DNA of 64,000 nt from Lactobacillaceae bacterium (GTDB lineage: Bacteria; Bacillota; Bacilli; Lactobacillales; Lactobacillaceae), in contig JAITDY010000057.1 of the NCBI GenBank assembly GCA_031282325.1, positions 17,455 through 81,454 on the forward strand, written 5' to 3'. The notes beneath the pieces are model-generated. The model saw nothing but the letters and a program-made list of their open reading frames with translations. It was not told where the DNA came from and searched no databases. The translations under genes were made by a program, and so were the position numbers. How positions within the stretch are numbered: position 1 is the first letter of the stretch; every line of letters begins with the position of its first letter. Below, one piece after another: positions 38,377 to 48,291 of this stretch.

Positions 38377-39483
38377 CTAATTTAAAATAACAATTCGATT
38401 TATTATGCTACTGATTTGTTCTTCTGAATAGACAGGAAGTTGAATTACATATTTTGGCGTTATAAACTGTTCTTTAACTCCCTCATTAAATCTTAAAACT
38501 GCTTTTTCATGTTCTTCTTCTGATGGACCAGATACCACACCAGAAATCGGAACTGAAAAGACATTGACAGCAAAGGTCGTTGGATTATTTAAGTTGTACC
38601 AAACTGTTCCCCCTGCAGGTAAATCATCACGATCATATGATATAGAAATCACATCTGAGGGATATAAGGTGGTAATCCAAGAATCTGTTTCTCCATTAAA
38701 AATTTTTTCACCAGCCTTATGCTTTTGCACATAAATAGGGCTATATCCATCATCGTCTTCCATAAATAAATGGGTGTTCTGAACACTTAGCCATACTCTG
38801 GCCGCTTCTAGCTGAAGTGGATCATACTGATTTGCTAGTCTTTCTGGTGTTTTATCAATAATTATCTTTTTTGTAATTTTTTTAAGTGTTTTTTCTTGAC
38901 CATTGTCAATTATTTGCTTATAAGCTTGTTTTAAGGAAAAGGTATTTGCAACTCCACCATCTTCAAAATCAGTCGTACTTATATCAGATAATGGCCTATT
39001 GCTATTGGAAAAATCATTAGACAATGCAGGTGGATTATACATAGTTACATTATCACCGTCTATTAAAAATGAATTGTAATTATATGCACCCATACCTGTA
39101 ATTAAATCGGAAGATAAAACAAGGTGACTTGCGTCTGCTCCTGTTTTTCCATAGGTTAAAGTAATTTTTGCATCTGGATTTTGATTAATTAATTGTTGGT
39201 AATCGAGTCCTCCGGCTAAAATAGGTTTTGCGTAAAGCAACATAATTGCTGACTGTTCGCGTTTTGTAAAATCCTTAGATATTTTATCTTTCTTAGTAGC
39301 AGAAGTGGATTTTTTTACACTTATATTTCGGGTAGCAGAATTAAGGTTCTCTTTTAATGCTTGTTTAAGATGAGAAGATAGGAAAATCGATAAAAATATT
39401 AAAATTCCAAAGCCTAAAACTAAAGTTCCTACAATAATGCTTATGAATTTGTTTTCAGATAATTGGGTTTTTCTGCGCGTCAT
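38377..39483 (-). CDS. Uncharacterised N-terminally anchored extracellular protein
   Basis: Basic N-tail + one TM; C-terminal domain LEAARVWL..HKAGE..YPSDVI..GTVWY. Confidence 0.7.
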   Translation of the reverse strand: MTRRKTQLSENKFISIIVGTLVLGFGILIFLSIFLSSHLKQALKENLNSATRNISVKKSTSATKKDKISKDFTKREQSAIMLLYAKPILAGGLDYQQLINQNPDAKITLTYGKTGADASHLVLSSDLITGMGAYNYNSFLIDGDNVTMYNPPALSNDFSNSNRPLSDISTTDFEDGGVANTFSLKQAYKQIIDNGQEKTLKKITKKIIIDKTPERLANQYDPLQLEAARVWLSVQNTHLFMEDDDGYSPIYVQKHKAGEKIFNGETDSWITTLYPSDVISISYDRDDLPAGGTVWYNLNNPTTFAVNVFSVPISGVVSGPSEEEHEKAVLRFNEGVKEQFITPKYVIQLPVYSEEQISSIINRIVILN

Positions 39484-39581
39484 ATAAAGAGTTTATCAAA
39501 TAATATTTTTTAAAATCGTTACCAGTATTTTTTATTTCTTCAGCATTATTTCAACTTTTAATTCGGGGTAAATTATATATT

Positions 39582-39608
39582 AAAAAAATCCCCACAATGT
39601 AGGGATTT
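39582..39608 (-). terminator. Terminator of tRNA-Tyr/tRNA-Gln transcript
   Basis: Minus strand AAATCCCTACATTGTGGGGATTTTTTT hairpin + T tract. Confidence 0.75.
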
Positions 39609-39635
39609 AACTAAATAAGGTATCAATATATCTAA

Positions 39636-39708
39636 TTGCCCCAGCTGGACTCGAACCAACGCATGGCGGTACCAAAAACCGCTGCCTTACCAACTTGGCC
39701 ATGGGGCA
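39636..39708 (-). tRNA. tRNA-Gln(TTG), CCA not encoded
   Basis: TGCCCCA/TGGGGCA acceptor (U1-A72), anticodon stem GCGGT/ACCGC with loop TT-TTG-GT, GGTTCGAGTCC T-arm. Confidence 0.93.
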
Positions 39709-39780
39709 TTAATATAATATTTTTTGAAATTATAAATAATTTCAAAAAATATTATAACAAAAAATATTTCTATTTTTTGA

Positions 39781-39863
39781 TGGGAGCGGTAGGATTCGAA
39801 CCTACGAACCCGAAGGAACGGATTTACAGTCCGTCGCGTTTAACCAAACTTCGCTACACTCCC
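39781..39863 (-). tRNA. tRNA-Tyr(GTA), CCA not encoded
   Basis: GGGAGTG/CGCTCCC acceptor, ACGGA-CTGTAAA-TCCGT anticodon arm, long variable arm, GGTTCGAATCC. Confidence 0.95.
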
Positions 39864-39882
39864 AGTAAATTACTACTAAAAT

Positions 39883-39911
39883 ATTATATACATTTTTTTA
39901 AAAAATATCAA
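39883..39911 (-). promoter_or_regulatory. Sigma-A promoter of tRNA pair
   Basis: TTGATA-17 nt-TATAAT on minus strand. Confidence 0.7.
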
Positions 39912-40695
39912 TTAATTTTAATTTGCTTTTCCAACTAGTTAGAAAATCCAAATTCCCTAATTCTTGTTTTTGTCCGACTGAAATATTTTCGAAAATAGTT
40001 TTTTGAATAGTAAAACTATCATTAATATGCATGTGGCCGTAAAAAACAAACTGAAAATCATTAGCAATCGCCAAATCGCCTAAGGAATTACTACCCATAA
40101 AAGCATTTACTAAATCCCACTTTTTTTTCTCCTTAAATCTTTTAATTTGATAACTATTCGGCAAAAAATGGGTAATTAGAATTTTTTTCTTATTAATATC
40201 GGCATTTGAAATGATGCTGTTTTGAAATTGTTCGGCATTACGTTTTAAACGTTGCTCATCGCTAATCCCGTTTTGCTTGATAATGCGATCAAACCATAGG
40301 GCTTTTTTGAATTGTTCAATTTCTTCTATTGAATAATCTGACAAAACAAAGGAATAGTCATACCAACCATTATTGCCAAATATTTGATAATTACCAATTT
40401 CAATCATCTTGTTATGAAAGTATAAGGGTGAGATATCTGTTTCCAGCTCATCGTAAGAAATACTGCGACCCATATCATGATTACCGGCTAAAAAAAAGAC
40501 TTTAGTTTTTGTTTGACTCTGCATTTTTTCAAAAAAATTAAGTGTTTTTAAAAAATCATTACTTAAATCTCCAGCAAAAAAATAATAATCAATTTGTTTT
40601 TCTAGAAAAAAATCATTTTGAACTTGAATAACTTTATCAAGGTCTTGGCTGTTAATATCTAAATGATTATCCGAGGAGATTGCTATCTTGATCAT
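39898..40695 (-). CDS. Calcineurin-like metallophosphoesterase
   Basis: SSDNH, AGDL, GNHD, THF, GHMH motifs. Confidence 0.88.
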   Translation of the reverse strand: MIKIAISSDNHLDINSQDLDKVIQVQNDFFLEKQIDYYFFAGDLSNDFLKTLNFFEKMQSQTKTKVFFLAGNHDMGRSISYDELETDISPLYFHNKMIEIGNYQIFGNNGWYDYSFVLSDYSIEEIEQFKKALWFDRIIKQNGISDEQRLKRNAEQFQNSIISNADINKKKILITHFLPNSYQIKRFKEKKKWDLVNAFMGSNSLGDLAIANDFQFVFYGHMHINDSFTIQKTIFENISVGQKQELGNLDFLTSWKSKLKLIDIF

Positions 40696-40790
40696 ATATT
40701 TATTTTACAAAATTCATATTTATAACATACTTAATTTTAATTTAATTCTTATTCGTTCAGTATCTTTAGAAGTGTAGCCAAGGAGGATTA

Positions 40791-41699
40791 ATGAAAATAC
40801 AAGTTGAAAACGGAAATGAATTAATTAAGCTAATTCAAAATTATAAAGAAAAATTTTTAAATTTGAATTTAGCTGAAAGCGATCCAATTCCTAATGAATT
40901 TACTATTTTAATTAATACCATGATCGGGGCAATTACCGATTTGGCAAGTGAAAAAGGTGTTAGCGAATATCCTGAGTTTTGTTCAGCAAAACAAAGAATA
41001 AGAGAAAAATTACCTGATAACGCTTGTTCCCTCTTGGTTGCAGAGCTTCTGGAAGACATTCTTTCATTAAGAATTATGGTTACTAGATTGTCTTTGCAGA
41101 AAAAAGAACGAACAATTTCATTTTTACGCTCCCTCAGTCAAAATATTCTTCGTTCGTATTCCGATGCATCTTCTGATTTTATAATCAAGGATGATTATGC
41201 AAAATTGCAACTGGTATCCCATAAACCAGAAGTTACTAAAAGTGAGCTAGAATCTTTAATTGATAAGTTTTCGATTAAATTAATTGCTTTTAGGAAAAGT
41301 AACGCAGAAATTATCAATGCTCAGCTAAACAAGTTAAAACTTTTTGCTGATTCTTATGAAGTTGGTGACGATTTAACTGTTATGCAAGCTATGAATAAAA
41401 CATCTCTAATAATTAATGCGGCCTCAAATCCACATGACTTTTTAGATATTGTTCATAACTTAAATGAGGTTGAACAAAAAATTTCTGATTCTATTTTAAA
41501 TAAAGGTAATGAAGAAAAAATTAACAATTATTGTTCAACCATTTTTGACAATATGAAATATCTTGTAGATAATAATTATTGCCAAGGAAAGCAAGCTTTT
41601 AAAGTAATTAACCGCTGTGAAAAGAGCATTACAGAGGCTTCTTGCCCATCGGATTACAAAAACATTATTAACATTTTAAGAACAATTAAGATGTCGTAA
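40791..41699 (+). CDS. Hypothetical all-helical cytoplasmic protein
   Basis: 302-aa ORF, strong SD AAGGAGG, own terminator; no recognisable motif. Confidence 0.7.
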   Translation: MKIQVENGNELIKLIQNYKEKFLNLNLAESDPIPNEFTILINTMIGAITDLASEKGVSEYPEFCSAKQRIREKLPDNACSLLVAELLEDILSLRIMVTRLSLQKKERTISFLRSLSQNILRSYSDASSDFIIKDDYAKLQLVSHKPEVTKSELESLIDKFSIKLIAFRKSNAEIINAQLNKLKLFADSYEVGDDLTVMQAMNKTSLIINAASNPHDFLDIVHNLNEVEQKISDSILNKGNEEKINNYCSTIFDNMKYLVDNNYCQGKQAFKVINRCEKSITEASCPSDYKNIINILRTIKMS

Positions 41700-41700
41700 T

Positions 41701-41730
41701 AAAAAAACATCAGTCTAACTGATGTTTTTT
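41701..41730. terminator. Bidirectional intrinsic terminator
   Basis: AAAAAACATCAG / CTGATGTTTTTT. Confidence 0.85.
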
Positions 41731-42608
41731 CGTATCCATTTTATTAAATTATCAAAAAAGAATTCAGGAAATTCTCGAATATGAACATGGGTTCCACCGG
41801 GGGTAATTGATAATTCTGAATTGGTAATATTATGATGAATTAAATCAATTTTTTCTTTTGGAAATAAATCTTGTTCACCAAAAGATAAATAAGTTGGAAC
41901 TTTAATTTTAGATACTTGTTTTTCAATATTCCAGCCAGCTAATGGACCAGTAGTTTTAAACGGATTTTGTCCCTGCATATAAAAAGCTAATTGATGGTTA
42001 CTTGTATCTACCAAATGTTTTACACGAGGGACATCGTATTGATAAAAATAACTAGTAAACATTTTGCTAATTAGTTCCTGATATTTTTCGTCATTAAAAG
42101 CTTCTTTATTTATTTGATCAATTACATATTTATTTTCTTCTGGTGTTAATATTTGCTCTCTTAATTTTATTAAAGAATCCGTATAATCTGAATCCTTAGA
42201 AGTCATACTAATTATAACTAATCCCTTTAACTTATCTTGAAATCTTAAAGCATATTCTTGGGCAATCATTGCTCCCCATGAATGTCCAACTAAAATAAAT
42301 TTTTCATAATTTAAATTAGAACGAACCTCTTCTAATTCATTAACAAAATAGTCAATGTTTAAAAACTTTTTTGCAATCGACGGTTCTGAAAAATCTGGCT
42401 GATCAGAATAATAGCTCCCTAATTGATCGTATCGAGTGACTTCAATATCATTCGGGACTAAATAATTATCAAAATTTTCAAAAACTTCATTTGTTTCACC
42501 CGGACCACCATGAACAGTAATTATTTTAATCGAATTGCCTTTACCTTGAGTATGACTCCATAAATGATAGCCATTTTTCAGTGTGATTATTTTAGAAAAA
42601 TTTTGCAT
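41715..42608 (-). CDS. Proline iminopeptidase-family alpha/beta hydrolase (S33)
   Basis: HGGPG, YDQLGSYYSDQP, GHSWG nucleophile, GEQD, GGTH. Confidence 0.85.
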   Translation of the reverse strand: MQNFSKIITLKNGYHLWSHTQGKGNSIKIITVHGGPGETNEVFENFDNYLVPNDIEVTRYDQLGSYYSDQPDFSEPSIAKKFLNIDYFVNELEEVRSNLNYEKFILVGHSWGAMIAQEYALRFQDKLKGLVIISMTSKDSDYTDSLIKLREQILTPEENKYVIDQINKEAFNDEKYQELISKMFTSYFYQYDVPRVKHLVDTSNHQLAFYMQGQNPFKTTGPLAGWNIEKQVSKIKVPTYLSFGEQDLFPKEKIDLIHHNITNSELSITPGGTHVHIREFPEFFFDNLIKWIRKNIS

Positions 42609-42623
42609 ATCTTTATATTACAA

Positions 42624-45600
42624 TTAAAATCTTCTACTTTTAAGTGCGACCATCCCCAATGCCATTGCTAATCCCGATAAATTCAAAATTAGATTATCCT
42701 TTTGGTTATTAATTCCAGTTTTTGGCAATAAAGTGGTTTGCTTTTCGGTAACTGGATCAGGTAATACTATTTGTTTAAAAATATGGTGAATATTGCCATC
42801 GTTATCTATTTGTGTTTCAGTAAATGTATAATTTGGAAATTGATCATGACTTTGTTCGCCGTCTATCCAATTTTTCAAAATATTACCATCTATGTCTTGC
42901 CAAATCGTTTTAATTTTTGTATGGCTAATTACCGTATTTGAATTAATTTCTTCACCATTTAAAATTTCAATAAAGGTATTGGAAACATCACCAGTTTTAA
43001 TTCGTTTTGCTATTTGTTTTACACTCCAAGCAAAATTTGATAGTTGATCAGGTGATAAATTTTTCAAATAGTTCTCTGTCAGGCTATAACTATATTCTTG
43101 TGTTTGCTGATCGATTTCTCTTTTGATAAATTGGGAAATATCTTCACCCTTATTATTGAGTGCTGTGAAATTTCCAATTTCATCATATGCTAAATCAAAT
43201 TTATCTTTGATAATCCAAGAATTAATCACACCACCATAATTAGTTGGCGTTTTTGTTGAAGCTAAAATATACTCAAATTGCTCATTTAATTTAATTTCTT
43301 GTTCATTAAAATCTTGTCCATTTAAATTAATTGTTTTAATTGGATTTTGAATGTTTATTACATTTTTTACTGTATTAGTTTCATATTGATTTCCAAAGTC
43401 TACTTGAAATGCTGTATTTTCAACCTCAGCACCATCAACTGTTAAATTATTGATATCCATATTTAAGACCGCTTTTAATACTTGCCCGCCATACATAGCT
43501 AAAAAATCATTTACTTTAAAAATATTCCAAGTAGCTATTCCATTAACGTTTTCAAAATTCCCAAAATTAACTAAATTAATTTCTTGATTATTTTGATCCA
43601 AAATTTTATAGTTTTTTAAAGTTAAATTTACATCATCATAATCATCTTTTAATTGCATTCCTTTTTGTAAAGAATTTTCATCTTGCGAAGTAGCAGTTTT
43701 TAACCAATCAGTATAGTCAGACAAATCCCAGAGAATTTCATATTGTATTTCATCACTGATTAAAAGATTTTTATTATCAATATCTTCTCCATTAACGTTC
43801 ACGATTTTCTTTTGTTTTTCCTTTGTATTTGGATTATCTCCATCTTCATTTGGATTATCTTGATATGGATTTTCAATCACAGGATTAATAACTTCATTAG
43901 AGCTAATAACGCTATCATTTAATATTGTTTGGAAGGTATTTACAAGTTTTCCGCCATTATCATCGTTTAAAGAAACAACAACTGGAATAATAAAATCTTC
44001 AAAATTAAAAGTCTGTGTTTTATCTCGATTAATTAAATCGAGCATTACTGTATTTGCTGTATAAGTTATTGTTTGATTATCGAAAGTTACATTCCAATAA
44101 TCCGTATTTGCTTTTGATTGAATTTTATCTAGCGTGGTAATAACGCCATTAGGTAAAATATCTTGAATAACCAAACTATTAGTATCAGCTAATCTGTTTG
44201 CCTCTAGGGGATTATTCTTCAACACATAATTTAACTCTTCACCATTTACAACTTTTTTATTATTGACTGATATTCCATTGTCAATCACAACATCTTTTAA
44301 ATTACTCGTTGCTTGAAATAGATTGTACTCAATTGGTAATAGTTCAACTGTTTTTAAAACGCCTTGTTTGGGAATTTTGGGCAGAATCGGTGGAATATTT
44401 GGTGGTTGAGGTAATTGTGCTTTTGGAACTGGGGGAGTTGGTTCAATTGGTTTATCAATTAAAGGTAAAATCGGAAAATCGATTAAATCAGCATATCGAC
44501 CAATATAAGAGAGGGCAAAAGAAATACCGGAATATTCAATTGCTTCATTTTGAATTTTTTGCAAAACTTCATTTAAATCCGGCATTGCTTGTCGGTTGCT
44601 ACCGGGGTTATTGAAATCATAAGAAAAAATACTGGCATTTTCAATAAAGGAATAAATTGACTGATTAGGATTTTCATTGTTATCTGCAACACCTTGTGAT
44701 ATGTCCCACTTTCCGTCGCCAATAAAAATATTCTCTGAATTATTGCTAATTAAACCACCAATATATTGTGCCTTTAAATTTCCATCGGTTAAAAAATTAG
44801 ATACTTTTTGGTTACCGTCTAGATCACCTAATTCGGATAAAGAATTAATTTTGGCTGGAGTTCCGTCATCATAATAAAATTCATAAACAATTTTATAGGT
44901 ATTATCTTGGGTGATACCTGATGTGTATACCCAAGCCTTGGAATCAACACCAATTATAGCGTCCTCTTTTCCAATGTTAGAAATATTTAATTTTAGATTA
45001 ATATTTTGATGAGTTTTAGGATCAATTGATATATTTGTAAAATTAACTGTGGAATTTTGGCCTTGCCTTAGAATTTTAAATTCACTATTCCAACTTTTCC
45101 CTTTCACCCAGCCATCACCTAAATAAGTAACCTTACTAGAAGCACTATCTTTGTCACCTAAAGAAATAATATTGATATTACTTAAACCATTAATTTCATT
45201 GGCCGTTCCTACTGTCCATCTGCCATTATTTAGATCTAATTTTTCAAGATCTTTTATTATAGTGTTTTTAGCTTCTAATTCAGCATTTAGATAAGCAGAA
45301 ATTGTAGATTCATAATTATCGGATGCTATTGCATATGAGGCTTGATTATTTAAATACTTTAATTGAGCAGAGCTATCTGCAATTAAATCATTAGCATATG
45401 AATTCTGTGCGTTTTCGTATAAGATTAAAGACTTCTGATAAGCCAATGAATCAATTTGATATTGAGATAAACTAGTTTGATATTCTTGGCTTGCAACAAC
45501 GTTAGAAGATGCAACGGAAGCGTTGTAACTAGCAACGCTATTAATATTATTTTGATTTTGTTCTTTAATATTTAAAATTTGAGTATCTTGTTTTTGTTTT

Positions 45601-45917
45601 TGAATATCTAATTCGCTTTTACTAGAAACAATAACTATTCCATTGTTGGTAACTGAAGCACCATTGGTATCATTATTAATATTTTTTTCAATTTCGTTAT
45701 TTGCATTTAAAATATCGTTATTTAAATCTGAATTTTTGGCTGTTTCTTGAAAAGTAGTTATAACTGGATCTTGTACTATTTCATCAGCATTAGCAACTGT
45801 TCCACTAATTAAAGCCGAGGTCATTATTCCAGCAACACTAAATACACCAAAAATTGACGCTTTGATCCATGGCTTATTTTTTCTATAATCCGGTAAAATT
45901 ATTTTTTTATTGGTCAT
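42624..45917 (-). CDS. Antigen I/II (SspB)-like isopeptide-domain adhesin, LPKTG anchored
   Basis: Signal peptide; Tyr/Ala heptad A-like region; variable domain; Pro-rich P region (PIEPTPPVPK..); three C-type domains (DDYD, NTAFQVDFGN, KRIKTGDVSNTF); LPKTG-TM-KSRRF. Confidence 0.8.
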   Translation of the reverse strand: MTNKKIILPDYRKNKPWIKASIFGVFSVAGIMTSALISGTVANADEIVQDPVITTFQETAKNSDLNNDILNANNEIEKNINNDTNGASVTNNGIVIVSSKSELDIQKQKQDTQILNIKEQNQNNINSVASYNASVASSNVVASQEYQTSLSQYQIDSLAYQKSLILYENAQNSYANDLIADSSAQLKYLNNQASYAIASDNYESTISAYLNAELEAKNTIIKDLEKLDLNNGRWTVGTANEINGLSNINIISLGDKDSASSKVTYLGDGWVKGKSWNSEFKILRQGQNSTVNFTNISIDPKTHQNINLKLNISNIGKEDAIIGVDSKAWVYTSGITQDNTYKIVYEFYYDDGTPAKINSLSELGDLDGNQKVSNFLTDGNLKAQYIGGLISNNSENIFIGDGKWDISQGVADNNENPNQSIYSFIENASIFSYDFNNPGSNRQAMPDLNEVLQKIQNEAIEYSGISFALSYIGRYADLIDFPILPLIDKPIEPTPPVPKAQLPQPPNIPPILPKIPKQGVLKTVELLPIEYNLFQATSNLKDVVIDNGISVNNKKVVNGEELNYVLKNNPLEANRLADTNSLVIQDILPNGVITTLDKIQSKANTDYWNVTFDNQTITYTANTVMLDLINRDKTQTFNFEDFIIPVVVSLNDDNGGKLVNTFQTILNDSVISSNEVINPVIENPYQDNPNEDGDNPNTKEKQKKIVNVNGEDIDNKNLLISDEIQYEILWDLSDYTDWLKTATSQDENSLQKGMQLKDDYDDVNLTLKNYKILDQNNQEINLVNFGNFENVNGIATWNIFKVNDFLAMYGGQVLKAVLNMDINNLTVDGAEVENTAFQVDFGNQYETNTVKNVINIQNPIKTINLNGQDFNEQEIKLNEQFEYILASTKTPTNYGGVINSWIIKDKFDLAYDEIGNFTALNNKGEDISQFIKREIDQQTQEYSYSLTENYLKNLSPDQLSNFAWSVKQIAKRIKTGDVSNTFIEILNGEEINSNTVISHTKIKTIWQDIDGNILKNWIDGEQSHDQFPNYTFTETQIDNDGNIHHIFKQIVLPDPVTEKQTTLLPKTGINNQKDNLILNLSGLAMALGMVALKSRRF

Positions 45918-45954
45918 TTTATTACTCCTAATTTTTAATACGTTTTGAAATAAT

Positions 45955-45981
45955 AAAAAACCAATAATTTAGTTATTGGTT
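45955..45981 (-). terminator. Terminator after murB
   Basis: AACCAATAA / TTATTGGTT plus T tract on minus strand, overlapping the stop codon. Confidence 0.65.
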
Positions 45982-46863
45982 GAGTCCACGGCCAATTAAT
46001 TTAACTTCTAATTCCATATCGATTCCGTGCAAATTTTTAATTGTCGTTTGAACTAAATTAATTAATTCTAGATAATCTGCAGCCTTAGCATTATCAATAT
46101 TTACAATAAAATTAGCATGCTTATTAGATATTTGAGCACCACCAATTCTTTTTCCTTGTAATCCAGCATCTTGGATTAATTTACCAGAATAAAATCCATT
46201 CGGTCTTTTAAAAACAGAACCATTACTGGGAAATTCTAGAGGCTGTTTTGCAATTCTTCGCTGATTAAAATCATCCATCTCTGCCTTAACTTCATTTTGA
46301 TCGCGTGGTGACAATTCAAAAGTAGCCTGTGTAACTAATAAATTGTTTCTTTGAATTTCAGACATTCGATAAGTAAAACCTAAATCTTTTTTTGTTAATT
46401 CAAACAAAGTACCAAATTCATCAAGGGCTCTGATTTTAACTAAATTATCGGAAGTATTACCGCCATAAGCACCAGCATTCATAAAAACAGCTCCGCCAAC
46501 AGACCCTGGGAGACCAGCCGCCCATTCCAAACCAGAAAGACTATTACGCATGGCATATTCGCTGGCCGTAATCATATCGAGTCCTGCACCAAAAGTCATT
46601 TGATTATTATTAATATTTATTTCTTTCATTTTTTCAGTGACAATAATAAGTCCAGATACGCCATCATCGCTTAGAATAACGTTGCTCATTTGGCCTAAAA
46701 CAGTTACTGAAATACTATTTTGCTTTGCTGTCTTTAAAAGAGTTATAAACTCTGTTTCATTTTTCGGTAAAGCTAAATAATCTGCAATTCCACCAATTTG
46801 TGAAAAAGAATAGGTATCTAGCGGGACATTTTGTAATACTTCGATATTTTTTAATTGTTGCAC
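45973..46863 (-). CDS. murB: UDP-N-acetylenolpyruvoylglucosamine reductase
   Basis: GLPGSVGGAVFMNAGAYG, YRMS, KQPLEFPSNGSVFKRP, KHANFIVN; GTG start. Confidence 0.95.
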   Translation of the reverse strand: MQQLKNIEVLQNVPLDTYSFSQIGGIADYLALPKNETEFITLLKTAKQNSISVTVLGQMSNVILSDDGVSGLIIVTEKMKEININNNQMTFGAGLDMITASEYAMRNSLSGLEWAAGLPGSVGGAVFMNAGAYGGNTSDNLVKIRALDEFGTLFELTKKDLGFTYRMSEIQRNNLLVTQATFELSPRDQNEVKAEMDDFNQRRIAKQPLEFPSNGSVFKRPNGFYSGKLIQDAGLQGKRIGGAQISNKHANFIVNIDNAKAADYLELINLVQTTIKNLHGIDMELEVKLIGRGLNQ

Positions 46864-46908
46864 AAAATTATTAATAATTATATTTTAACAATTGATAAAA
46901 TGAAAAGT

Positions 46909-47799
46909 ATGAAACTTATCTCATGGAATATCGATAGCTTAAATGCTGCACTTGAACACACTAGTAATCGTGGAATTCAAACTTTTCAAATCCTACAATC
47001 AATTGCCTTGCAAAAACCAGATTTTTTTTCTATTCAAGAAACCAAGCTAAAACAAGGAGATCCAATTAATCAAGATTTGTTTAGTAACAACGAAATAATT
47101 TTTGCCGGCTCCAAGTTTCCTCAAATTAGTAAAAAACAAATTAATCTCTTAAATGAATTATTCCCTGATTACTATAGTTATTGGAATTTCTCTAAAGACC
47201 CTGCCAAAAAGGGGTATGCCGGTACATTGATTTTAGCTAAAAAACAAGCAAATGATGCTCAAACTCCTCAAATAGAGACGCCAGATACAATGGATTTTGA
47301 AGGCCGGATTATCACATTAGAATATCCTAGTTTTTATGTAAGCACCGTATATACGCCAAATTCCGGTGATGGATTAAAAAGACTTAATGAACGAATTGTA
47401 TGGGATAGACAATATAAAAAATATCTAAATACTTTAAATCAAAATAAACCAGTGATTTTTAGCGGTGATTTTAATGTTGCACACCATGAAATCGATTTGA
47501 AAAACGATGCAACCAATCACCATTCCCCGGGTTTTACTGATGAGGAAAGAAGCGGTTTTACTAACTTATTAGATTCTGGTTTTACTGATATTTGGAGGTC
47601 TTTAAATCCAAAGAGTGAACAATATACTTGGTGGGCACAACGTAATTTGCAAAGTAAAATTAACAATACTGGTTGGAGAATTGATTATTATTTAATTAGC
47701 AATCAGTTAGTGGAAAATGTAGTTGATGCAGGCATTATTGATACCGGAACTCGGGCAGACCATGCTCCAATTTATTTAGATATTAATTTAAATTATTAA
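46909..47799 (+). CDS. xth: Exodeoxyribonuclease III / AP endonuclease
   Basis: MKLISWNIDS, IQETK, EGRIITLE, YTPNSG, GDFNVAH, GWRIDY, DHAP; start ATG 46909. Confidence 0.92.
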   Translation: MKLISWNIDSLNAALEHTSNRGIQTFQILQSIALQKPDFFSIQETKLKQGDPINQDLFSNNEIIFAGSKFPQISKKQINLLNELFPDYYSYWNFSKDPAKKGYAGTLILAKKQANDAQTPQIETPDTMDFEGRIITLEYPSFYVSTVYTPNSGDGLKRLNERIVWDRQYKKYLNTLNQNKPVIFSGDFNVAHHEIDLKNDATNHHSPGFTDEERSGFTNLLDSGFTDIWRSLNPKSEQYTWWAQRNLQSKINNTGWRIDYYLISNQLVENVVDAGIIDTGTRADHAPIYLDINLNY

Positions 47800-48241
47800 T
47801 CTCAATTTCCACATCTCTAAATTCTTCTAAATCCTGTTCGGTATTTTGTTCACTACGCTTGAAGGTTATAGAAATATATTTGTCTGGTAAAATATCTTTA
47901 ATAAATTCACCCCATTCAATAATCGAAATCCCATCTCCATAGATATAATCTTCGTAGCCTTGATCCATTCCGCCAATTCCTTCTAAACGATAGGCATCGA
48001 AATGATAAATCGGAAATTTTAATTCATCCCCCTTATAAATCTGCATGATTGTAAAAGTTGGAGACGAAACACGAATATTTTTACCACCCAAAAATGAAAC
48101 TAAAAAACGAGTAAAAGTAGTTTTGCCGGCACCTAAATCTCCGTTTAATAATAAAACATCACCGATTTTTAAAGAAGTCGCTATTTTCTGGGCAATTTTT
48201 TGAATATCATTAATATTTTGTTGCTTGTAAAATTCTTTCAT
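47783..48241 (-). CDS. tsaE: tRNA t6A biosynthesis ATPase
   Basis: GDLGAGKTTF, SSPTFTI, YHFDAYRL, IIEW. Confidence 0.95.
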   Translation of the reverse strand: MKEFYKQQNINDIQKIAQKIATSLKIGDVLLLNGDLGAGKTTFTRFLVSFLGGKNIRVSSPTFTIMQIYKGDELKFPIYHFDAYRLEGIGGMDQGYEDYIYGDGISIIEWGEFIKDILPDKYISITFKRSEQNTEQDLEEFRDVEIEINNLN

Positions 48242-48291
48242 TATGTATGAGAATATCTATTTTAGAAATTCTCTTTTATTTAAAAATATAC

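Noticed and set aside
39636-39938. 100-aa + strand ORF
   Set aside because: Antisense shadow of tRNA-Gln and tRNA-Tyr.
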